Positions 43,118-50,673 of a stretch of 57,238 nucleotides of DNA are shown one piece after another. The notes below the pieces were generated by a model. The model worked only from the letters and a program-made list of their open reading frames with translations. It ran no database searches and had not been told where the DNA came from. Positions within the stretch are counted from its first letter, which is position 1. Every line of letters starts with the position of its first letter. The stretch lies in assembly GCA_021159185.1 (NCBI GenBank), contig JAGGSH010000035.1, positions 1 to 57,238 of the forward strand, read 5' to 3'. A program made the translations under genes and the position numbers. Source of the DNA: a bacterium. Its GTDB lineage: Bacteria > Patescibacteriota > Minisyncoccia > Moranbacterales > UBA9337.

Positions 43118-43223
43118 TGTTCAAAATGTTCTAATTGTTCTAAATGTTAAATTTGTTGAAATTGCAGCGACTAAAACATTGGAACAAGCGAAGCGATAGA
43201 GCAATTAGAACAACTGGAACATT

Positions 43224-44051
43224 ATGCGTATTGGTTGCCATATTTCCATCTCTGGAGGAATTCAAAACGCCCCGAAACGAGCGGCTAGTTTAGATTGTGA
43301 AACGATGCAGATTTTCACCCGTCCGCCCCAGGGAGGTAAATCTTCATCTCTTACAAATAAAATTTGCGAGGAATTCAAAATTCAAAATTCAAAATTCAAA
43401 ATTCGCAATATTTATATTCATTGTCCCTATTACATAAATCTGGCTTCCGCTAACAACCGCGTTCGCTACGGATCAGCTAGGGCTGTCCGTGATGAATTAG
43501 AGCGAGCCAGTCTGATTGGAGCGAAATACGTAGTGGTTCATTTGGGATCAGCTAAAGATCTGGGAGAGAAAAAGGCTATCAAGCAAGTCGTTAAAATATT
43601 AAAGAAAACCTTGGACGGTTATGACGGCAGCGCCAAACTTTTGCCGGAAAATACCGCCGGAGCGGGAAAAATTATCGGCGACAGTTTTTCGGAATTGGCA
43701 AAAATTATTAAGCTGGTTAATAACAAAAATATCGCCGGAATTTGTATGGATACCCAGCACAGTTTCGCCTCCGGCTATGATTGGACAAATTTTGAAAATA
43801 CTTTTGACAAAATAAAGAGCGAGATAGATATTAATTTAATAAAACTTATTCATAGTAACGACAGTTTAGTGGATTGCGGATCCCGCAAAGATCGCCACGC
43901 GAATATCGGAAAAGGAAAAATCGGCCTGAATCCTTTTAAAAAGATCGTGAAATTCGCCGTGAAAAATAATGTTGATATGATTTGCGAAACCGCGATGCCG
44001 GGAGTGAAGGAGGATATTGAGATTTTGAAAAAGATGAGAGATTTGCTTTAA
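43224..44051 (+). CDS. nfo: Endonuclease IV (AP endonuclease family 2)
   Basis: HCPYYINLAS, ENTAGAG, MDTQHSFASGYD, HSNDS, ETA motifs. Confidence 0.85.
   Translation: MRIGCHISISGGIQNAPKRAASLDCETMQIFTRPPQGGKSSSLTNKICEEFKIQNSKFKIRNIYIHCPYYINLASANNRVRYGSARAVRDELERASLIGAKYVVVHLGSAKDLGEKKAIKQVVKILKKTLDGYDGSAKLLPENTAGAGKIIGDSFSELAKIIKLVNNKNIAGICMDTQHSFASGYDWTNFENTFDKIKSEIDINLIKLIHSNDSLVDCGSRKDRHANIGKGKIGLNPFKKIVKFAVKNNVDMICETAMPGVKEDIEILKKMRDLL
43373..43404. repeat. Heptanucleotide tandem repeat (ATTCAAA)x4 + partial unit, inside the nfo CDS
   Basis: ATTCAAA at 43373, 43380, 43387 and 43394, then ATTCG; encodes EFKIQNSKFKIRN. Confidence 0.9.
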
Positions 44052-44203
44052 TAATTACCAATTCCTAATTTCTAATTCCTAATTTCTAATTTCTAACAAA
44101 ATAACCAATGACTAAATGTCTAATGATAAAATTTAGTAATTTGTCATTGGGAATTTGAAATTTTATCAGAAATTAGAAATTAGAAATTAGAAATTAGAAA
44201 TTT
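44052..44203. repeat. Family-C palindromic element (copy C3)
   Basis: ATTCCTAATTTCTAATTCCTAATTTCTAATTTCTAA ... (TTAGAAA)n TTAGAAATTTT; fills the whole nfo/phosphoesterase spacer. Confidence 0.85.
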
Positions 44204-44204
44204 T

Positions 44205-44780
44205 ATGCTAGTCGCTATCACTTCCGACATCCATAACAATCTAACGAACCTAAAAAAGGTTTTGGATTACTGCGCTTCCAAAAAAATCCGCAAGATGATT
44301 TGCTGCGGCGATTTAGCGTCGCCGGAAACTTTGGATTTTTTAAACGATAATTTTCCGGGAGAAATTTTTTACTGCTTCGGGAATATGGAACAAGGCCATT
44401 TAAACATGGAAACATTAAAACATATAAACATAAAAGCATTTGAGCATAAAAATAAAAATGTAGCCCATTATAAAAATACAATTATCTATAGTGAATTTGG
44501 CGAAATTAGATTTGGCAATAAAAGAGTAGCCTTCGTTCATTATCCAGACAAAGCTAAAGAGTTATGCCAAACGGGAAAATACGATTTTGTTTTTTACGGC
44601 CACACGCATAAACCGTGGTCCTCCTTCGTTAAAACTTCGGAGGATAAAGAAGAAAATATAAACGGCTGCTTAATGCTAAATCCCGGCAATGTCGCTAACG
44701 AACGCTATCTTCCCACTTTTGCCATCTGGAACACGGGGAATGACAAGTTTGAGCTGGTGAGAGTAAATGAGTTGAAGTAA
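44205..44780 (+). CDS. YfcE/MJ0936-family metallophosphoesterase
   Basis: ITSDIHNN, CCGDL, GNME, YGHTHKPW motifs. Confidence 0.8.
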   Translation: MLVAITSDIHNNLTNLKKVLDYCASKKIRKMICCGDLASPETLDFLNDNFPGEIFYCFGNMEQGHLNMETLKHINIKAFEHKNKNVAHYKNTIIYSEFGEIRFGNKRVAFVHYPDKAKELCQTGKYDFVFYGHTHKPWSSFVKTSEDKEENINGCLMLNPGNVANERYLPTFAIWNTGNDKFELVRVNELK

Positions 44781-44790
44781 ATTTAATATT

Positions 44791-45474
44791 ATGTCTAAGC
44801 AAGAAGAATTAGAAAAATTAAATAAGCAAGCTCTGGCTTGTGATAAATGCGGCCTGCGGCAAACTTGCTTCCAAGTGGTTCCCGGCGCCGGGAGCGCCGA
44901 GGCGGAAATTATGTTTATCGGAGAAGGCCCGGGAAAAGAAGAAGACAAACAAGGTATTCCTTTCGTGGGCGCCGCCGGAAAATTCCTGGACGAGATGCTG
45001 GAAATGATAAGTCTTAAGCGAGAAAATGTTTACATCGCCAATGTGGTCAAATGCCGCCCGCCTAACAATCGGGATCCTCTCCCGGAAGAAGCGAAAGCCT
45101 GTTGGCCCTGGCTGGAACGGCAAATAAAAATCATAAATCCCAAACTCATTGTAACTCTCGGGCGGCATTCATTGGAAAGATTTTTGCCCGGACAAAAAAT
45201 TTCCCAAATCCACGGTAAAGCTCTGCGGCGCGCCGTTCCAAAAATGGGAATTAGGATTTTTTACGCCCTTTACCACCCCGCTGCCGCTTTATACAACGGT
45301 GGTATGCGGGAAGTTTTAATTAAGGATTTCAAAAGAATTCCCAAAGTTTTGGAAGCGGTCAAGAAAGAAAAAATAAATTCTTCACAGTCTGCCGCGGGAA
45401 TACAAGGCGCTGCATCGCCATCCGAAAAAATTCCCAATCTCCCCGAAGAAAACCGTCAAGAAAGTTTGTTTTAA
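44791..45474 (+). CDS. Uracil-DNA glycosylase, family 4
   Basis: CDKCGLRQTC, FIGEGPGKEEDKQGIPFVGAAGKFLD, HPAAALYN motifs. Confidence 0.85.
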   Translation: MSKQEELEKLNKQALACDKCGLRQTCFQVVPGAGSAEAEIMFIGEGPGKEEDKQGIPFVGAAGKFLDEMLEMISLKRENVYIANVVKCRPPNNRDPLPEEAKACWPWLERQIKIINPKLIVTLGRHSLERFLPGQKISQIHGKALRRAVPKMGIRIFYALYHPAAALYNGGMREVLIKDFKRIPKVLEAVKKEKINSSQSAAGIQGAASPSEKIPNLPEENRQESLF

Positions 45475-45612
45475 TTATATTCCCGATCTTAACGCGCAAT
45501 TCTTTGATAATTAGAAGGGAACATCTGCTCACGACCGTTTTAAGAAGTTCTTTTTTATTTTTGTTTTCCCGTTCCTTTGCCGCTTCCCTTCAATAATCCT
45601 CTTAACAAAAAA

Positions 45613-45641
45613 TTGACGCTTAAAAAACGCTTTGCTAATAT
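45613..45641 (+). promoter_or_regulatory. Candidate promoter for the tRNA-Cys/tRNA-Leu pair
   Basis: TTGACG (45613-45618), 17-nt spacer, TAATAT (45636-45641); the tRNA starts 11 nt downstream. Confidence 0.5.
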
Positions 45642-45652
45642 TGTTTTAGATT

Positions 45653-45725
45653 GGTCGCGTGGCGAAGTAGCTAACGCAGCGGTCTGCAAAACCGCTATTC
45701 GTGGGTGCAAATCCCACCGCGACCT
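45653..45725 (+). tRNA. tRNA-Cys (anticodon GCA)
   Basis: GGTCGCG-TG-GCGAAGTAGCTAACGC-A-GCGGT-CTGCAAA-ACCGC-TATTC-GTGGG-TGCAAAT-CCCAC-CGCGACC-T; the T-loop reads TGC instead of the usual TTC. Confidence 0.85.
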
Positions 45726-45735
45726 CAAAAAATAA

Positions 45736-45819
45736 GGGCAAGTGGCGGAATTGGCATACGCGCGACACTTAAAATGTCGTCCCGTTTTCGGGATGAGGGT
45801 TCAAGTCCCTCCTTGCCCA
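45736..45819 (+). tRNA. tRNA-Leu (anticodon UAA), long variable arm
   Basis: GGGCAAG-TG-GCGGAATTGGCATACGC-G-CGACA-CTTAAAA-TGTCG-variable TCCCGTTTTCGGGAT-GAGGG-TTCAAGT-CCCTC-CTTGCCC-A. Confidence 0.9.
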
Positions 45820-45897
45820 CTAACATAGAATTCGCCGTGTCATCCGGCACGGCGCCCCGTTGGATAACGGGGCGAGTCCCGCCCGCGGCACACAAAA

Positions 45898-45927
45898 ACA
45901 CCCCGACATTATATCGGGGTGTTTTTT
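45898..45927. terminator. Bidirectional rho-independent terminator at the convergence point
   Basis: ACACCCCGA-CATTATA-TCGGGGTGT followed by TTTTTT on the plus strand and TTTTTGTGTG on the minus strand. Confidence 0.7.
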
Positions 45928-45945
45928 CTATTCAAATCTTTGTTT

Positions 45946-46485
45946 TTAGTTGATCACTTCCGCGGTTAGATTTCTTCTTCCGAAAGCGAAGGCTTGTTTT
46001 TTAGTTGGCATATAAATGTCAAACTTATTGCCCTTAATCGCTCCTCCGCGGTCTTCGCAGGTAAACTTTCCGTATCCTTCAATTTTAATTTTCGTTCCGA
46101 AAGGATATTGGGGAGGACAGGCTAAAGTCCCTTTGTGAACTTTAATCCCGCTAGCAGTAATGCCGTCGCTTTTCCCGCATTCATCAGCCGCGGCGGTGTA
46201 AGCGGAAGCGCTAATTGTAAACTTGCCTTGAGAAAGGCTGGCAAATTTGTAAGCCTGTTTTTTCTTCCACTTGTTCAGAATTTTCTCGTTCTTCGTTTCG
46301 GGAAGATTTTTAACCGGCTCGTAGCCTTCATAATTATAAGGCGCGTTTTTAACTATTGAAATATTTTCTTTTGTTTGAAAATCTGTTTTTGTATTAGTAT
46401 TTATTGTCTGGTCAGCCAGCGCGATTTGGGGAAAAAGCATCGCCCAAAGCGTCGACATAGCAACAAAAATACTAATGACACGCAT
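45946..46485 (-). CDS. Secreted 3D-domain (MltA/RlpA-like double-psi beta-barrel) cell-wall protein
   Basis: Signal peptide; TASGIKVHKGTLACPPQYPFGTKIKIEGYGKFTCEDRGGAIKGNKFDIYM typical of 3D domains. Confidence 0.75.
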   Translation of the reverse strand: MRVISIFVAMSTLWAMLFPQIALADQTINTNTKTDFQTKENISIVKNAPYNYEGYEPVKNLPETKNEKILNKWKKKQAYKFASLSQGKFTISASAYTAAADECGKSDGITASGIKVHKGTLACPPQYPFGTKIKIEGYGKFTCEDRGGAIKGNKFDIYMPTKKQAFAFGRRNLTAEVIN

Positions 46486-46688
46486 TGTTTTTCGTTAAAT
46501 AATTATTCCGCAATATTTTCAGAGAACTAGGCCGGTTAATTCCTCTTTTAACCAACTTTACACCTTAGCATATTTTAAATTAAAAGTCAAGCAAAATGGG
46601 TGAAAATGGCTTGTTTGAGGGGAAAAGTGTTTTTTGAGAACAAAAAACACCCTGATAATAGGATGTTTTTGTTTTTAATTTTTTATAT

Positions 46689-46894
46689 GTCATTCCGGAA
46701 TTTTTTATGAAATGGAATGGAATAAAAAATATCCGGAATCTACGCGTGAAGAAAAATAAAGATTCCCGGTTAGGTCGGGAACGACATAAAGAAAGTTTTG
46801 TAAATTAATTCTAGATTCCGGATATTTTCTCCGTTGCTACTCCGAAAATTCCGGAATGACATATAGTTTCGCTCCAAAAATTTTCCTGAATGAC
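46689..46894. repeat. Composite family-A/B repeat array (copy A6)
   Basis: An A left arm, a B-like arm GATTCCCGGTTAGGTCGGGAACGAC, an A right arm ...ATTCCGGAATGAC, and a degenerate terminus TTTTCCTGAATGAC. Confidence 0.85.
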
Positions 46895-46934
46895 ACAGAG
46901 TGGAATTGCAAGATCTCTTATTGCCTTACCCCAC

Positions 46935-49900
46935 CTACTTCCTGCCTCTTAACCCCGTTCCGGCGGGAATCAAGCGCCCGATTATAACATTTTCTTTAAG
47001 GCCTATTAGCTTATCTTCTTTGGCCACTATGGACGCGTCAATTAAAGTTCGCGCCGTGGCTTGGAAAGAAGCTGCGGATAAAAAAGATTCAGTGGAAAGA
47101 GCCACCTTAGTAATGCCTAAAAACAAATTCTCTCCTTGAGCAGCCTTTTTAGCTTTCGCGTTAGCTTCATTGAAGCGCCCCTTTTCCACTATATCCCCGG
47201 GTAAAAATTCAGTCGTCCCCGCGTCTATAATCTTCACTCGGCTTAGCATTTGGCGAATAATCACTTCGATATGTTTGTCATTTATGCCTTCGCCCTGGGA
47301 AGCATAAATATCCTGAATTTCTTTTGTGATATGCCGCACCACTTCCTCCCGCCCCATTACCTCATAAAGTTTTTTTAGATCAACATGTCCTTCAATCAGT
47401 TGCGTTCCCTTAGCCACTAATTCGCCTTTCTTAATTTTTAGGGTTGCGTTAACGGGAATTTGGTATTCTTTAATTGCTTTTTTCCCTTGTTCGTCTTGAA
47501 ATTCAATCTTAACGGAAGTTTTAGCGCTTCCGCCTTTGATGTCCGTTAGCTTGCCGTCTACTTCGGAAATCAGCGCTTCGCCCTTGGGCAATCTGGCTTC
47601 AAAAATTTCTTCAACGCGGGGAAGCCCTTGAGTGATATCAGATCCGGCTACGCCTCCGACATGAAAAGTTCTCATAGTAAGCTGAGTTCCAGGCTCTCCA
47701 ATCGCTTGGGCGGCTATCACTCCCACCGCTTGGCCGATTTCCACCAGCTTATTTCTTCCCAAATCTTTTCCGTAGCATTTTCTGCAAATTCCCAGCTTGC
47801 TTTTACAAGAAACTACACTGCGGATATTTACTTTTTCAATAGGAAGACGATCAATTTCTTCAGCCTGTTCTTTGGAAACAAGCTCTCCTTTTTTAACGAT
47901 AATTTTTTTATTTTTTGGATTAAGCACATTTTCCAAGACCACTCTTCCTTCCACTCTGGCGGCAAAATCCTGTCCGATTTCATCGGAATCGCTGCGGTAA
48001 AGACAACCCCCTTCTTTATCTCCGCAATCTTCTTCCCGGATAATTACATCTTGCGAAACATCTACTAATCGTCTAGTTAAATATCCCGCTGTCGCTGTTC
48101 TTAAAGCGGTATCTGCCATACCTTTTCTGGCTCCGTGAGTGGAAATAAAATATTCCAAAACATTAAGTCCTTCCTTAAAAGAACTTTTAACGGGAAGCTC
48201 CAGTGTTTCTCCGGTAGGACCGGCCATCAATCCTTTCATTCCCGTCATTTGAACCACTACCGATTCTGTTCCTCTCGCTTTAGAATGAATCATGGTGTAA
48301 ACCGCGCCTTCTTTATCTAAGGATCCGCGAACTTCTTCGGTTATTTTATTTTTCGCCTCATTCCATGTTTCTATCACCTTGTCTTTTCTTTCCCCGTCAG
48401 TGAGAAGCCCTTCATTGTATTGTTGATTGATAATTTTTACTTGAGCCTCCGAATCATCTATTATTTGATTTTTTTTCTCGGGAATTTTTAAGTCATCCAT
48501 GCCCCAGCTAACACCGGAGCGGCTAGCCATATTAAATCCCAGATTTTTAATGTTATCAATAAAACGAGCGGTTTCTTTTTGTCCAGCTATTTCCAAAATT
48601 CTTGCCATTAACGCCTTGAGTTCTTTTTTAGTCATCTCTTCATTTAAAAATCTGAACGCGACAGGTAAAATGTCATTAAGCAGTATTCTTCCCACGGAAG
48701 TCTTTATAATCTTTGTTTTGTAAAGCAATTTCACTTTAGCGTTAATAGCCACCACTTCTGCTTGGTAAGCTAATATAGCTTCTTCCATTGAAGAAAACAT
48801 TTTATTTTCGCCCTTAACGCCGGGTACTATGTGAGTTAGATAATAAATTCCCAAAACGATATCTTGCGAAGGCGTGGCAATAGGATCTCCGCTGGCAGGC
48901 TTGAGCAAATTTTTTGAAGAAAGCATTATTTCCTTGCTTTCCCGGCGGGCATGATCAGTCAGAGGAACATGCACCGCCATTTGGTCTCCATCAAAATCCG
49001 CATTGAAAGCGGCGCAAACCATTGGATGAATTTGAATAGCCTTCCCCTCTATAAGCACCGGCTGGAAAGCTTGAATGGAAAGACGGTGCAAAGTCGGAGC
49101 GCGGTTAAGAAGAACGAAATGATTTTCAATAACTTCGTCCAGAATTTCATAAGCTTCTTCGGCTTCCGCGTCCACCATTCTTCCCGCCGTACGGACATTA
49201 TAGGCATACTCTTTTTCAATAAGCTTGTTTATAATAAAAGGCTTGAATAATTCCAGCGCCATTCTTTTCGGAAGGCCGGCTTGATGAAGCTTAAGTTGAG
49301 GACCCACCACAATGACACTTCTTCCCGAATAATCCACTCTCTTTCCAAGCAAATTCTGCCTGAAGCGACCTTGTTTTCCTTTGAGAGAATCCGCTAATGA
49401 TTTTAGCGCTCTTTTTTGACCGGTAGAAGCAGCTACTGCCGCCTGTCCGTGACGAACACTGTTATCAAAAAGGGCGTCCACCGCTTCTTGAAGCATTCTT
49501 TTTTCATTGCGGGTAATTACTTCAGGAGCTCCCAAATCAATTAATTTTCTAAGTCGGTTATTGCGGTTAATAATTCTTCTGTATAAATCATTAATATCAG
49601 AAGTAGCAAATCTGCCTCCATCCAAAGCTACCATGGGACGAAGGTCGGGAGGGATAACTGGAATTACAGTCGGCAACATCCATTCCAATTTTAATCCAGC
49701 CTTTTTAAATCCCCGAAAAAACTTTAAACGCTTAACCAGTTTTTTACTGTCACTGTCAGAAGATCCCTCTTTTAAATTGGCTTCTATTTTTTTTATTTCT
49801 TGGGAAATATCCATCTTCTCCAGCGTTTTCCTCACCGCTTCCGCTCCTATTCCCGCGCTAAACACTTGCCCGAAGCGAGTAGATAGATTGAAATAATCCA

Positions 49901-50513
49901 CTTCCGGCAAAACCTGAAAGGGCTTAAGATTTTTAATTTCTTCTTTGGCTATAGAATAATCACGCCTAAGATCTTCGGATATTTCTTCCTTGCCTCGCGA
50001 ATCTTCAGTGGACTTCACGACATCCTTTTGCTTGGATTTGTGTTCACTGTCTAGATTTTTCAAGGCTTCCTTTTGGGCCTGCTCATCCACCTCCATAACC
50101 AAGTAAGAAGCAAAGTAAACCACTTTCTCCAAATCCTGAACAGATATTCCCAACGCCAGCCCGATTTTAGACGGTACTCCCCGTAAAAACCAAATATGTG
50201 AAACGGGCGTCGCCAGTTTAATATGTCCCATTCTTTCCCGACGCACGATGGATCGCGTAACTTCAACGCCGCATTTATCACACACTATTCCTTTATAGCG
50301 AATTCTTTTATATTTTCCGCAATAACATTCCCAATCCTTGGACGGACCGAATATTTTTTCGCAAAAAAGCCCGTCTTTTTCATATCGCTGAGTGCGGTAA
50401 TTAATAGTTTCCGGTTTGGTAACTTCCCCGCGCGACCAATCTAAAATATCTTCGGGGCTGGCCAATTTCAAGCGAAAACTGTCAAAATCGTTTACTTTAG
50501 TTATATTTTCCAT
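46935..50513 (-). CDS. rpoC: DNA-directed RNA polymerase beta' subunit
   Basis: NADFDGDQMAVH catalytic motif, zinc-binding CYCGKYKRIRYKGIVCDKCG. Confidence 0.97.
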   Translation of the reverse strand: MENITKVNDFDSFRLKLASPEDILDWSRGEVTKPETINYRTQRYEKDGLFCEKIFGPSKDWECYCGKYKRIRYKGIVCDKCGVEVTRSIVRRERMGHIKLATPVSHIWFLRGVPSKIGLALGISVQDLEKVVYFASYLVMEVDEQAQKEALKNLDSEHKSKQKDVVKSTEDSRGKEEISEDLRRDYSIAKEEIKNLKPFQVLPEVDYFNLSTRFGQVFSAGIGAEAVRKTLEKMDISQEIKKIEANLKEGSSDSDSKKLVKRLKFFRGFKKAGLKLEWMLPTVIPVIPPDLRPMVALDGGRFATSDINDLYRRIINRNNRLRKLIDLGAPEVITRNEKRMLQEAVDALFDNSVRHGQAAVAASTGQKRALKSLADSLKGKQGRFRQNLLGKRVDYSGRSVIVVGPQLKLHQAGLPKRMALELFKPFIINKLIEKEYAYNVRTAGRMVDAEAEEAYEILDEVIENHFVLLNRAPTLHRLSIQAFQPVLIEGKAIQIHPMVCAAFNADFDGDQMAVHVPLTDHARRESKEIMLSSKNLLKPASGDPIATPSQDIVLGIYYLTHIVPGVKGENKMFSSMEEAILAYQAEVVAINAKVKLLYKTKIIKTSVGRILLNDILPVAFRFLNEEMTKKELKALMARILEIAGQKETARFIDNIKNLGFNMASRSGVSWGMDDLKIPEKKNQIIDDSEAQVKIINQQYNEGLLTDGERKDKVIETWNEAKNKITEEVRGSLDKEGAVYTMIHSKARGTESVVVQMTGMKGLMAGPTGETLELPVKSSFKEGLNVLEYFISTHGARKGMADTALRTATAGYLTRRLVDVSQDVIIREEDCGDKEGGCLYRSDSDEIGQDFAARVEGRVVLENVLNPKNKKIIVKKGELVSKEQAEEIDRLPIEKVNIRSVVSCKSKLGICRKCYGKDLGRNKLVEIGQAVGVIAAQAIGEPGTQLTMRTFHVGGVAGSDITQGLPRVEEIFEARLPKGEALISEVDGKLTDIKGGSAKTSVKIEFQDEQGKKAIKEYQIPVNATLKIKKGELVAKGTQLIEGHVDLKKLYEVMGREEVVRHITKEIQDIYASQGEGINDKHIEVIIRQMLSRVKIIDAGTTEFLPGDIVEKGRFNEANAKAKKAAQGENLFLGITKVALSTESFLSAASFQATARTLIDASIVAKEDKLIGLKENVIIGRLIPAGTGLRGRK

Positions 50514-50561
50514 AAAAAACTTTTATTATTTTTATCTTTTCTATGCCATTATCTTTTCTAT

Positions 50562-50668
50562 GCCATTCCCGCCCGCCAATTTGGCGGATAAACTCCGGCG
50601 GGAATCCAGAGTAATTTCTAAAACTAACTAGCGATTTTATCCTGAATTCCCGCCTGCGCGGGAATGAC
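50562..50668. repeat. Family-B element (copy B3) in the rpoB-rpoC spacer
   Basis: GCCATTCCCGCCCGCC..GGCGGGAATCCAG - spacer - CTGAATTCCCGCCTGCGCGGGAATGAC. Confidence 0.9.
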
Positions 50669-50673
50669 AGGAT

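Noticed and set aside
45705-45953. 82-aa plus-strand ORF
   Set aside because: It is built from tRNA-Cys, tRNA-Leu and the terminator hairpin, so it is not coding.
46689-46894. Possible CRISPR array, suggested by the many recurring GTCATTCC... units here and across the window
   Set aside because: The units are inverted rather than direct, are not regularly spaced, have no unique spacers of uniform length, and no cas genes are present. They behave as palindromic MITE/REP-like elements.
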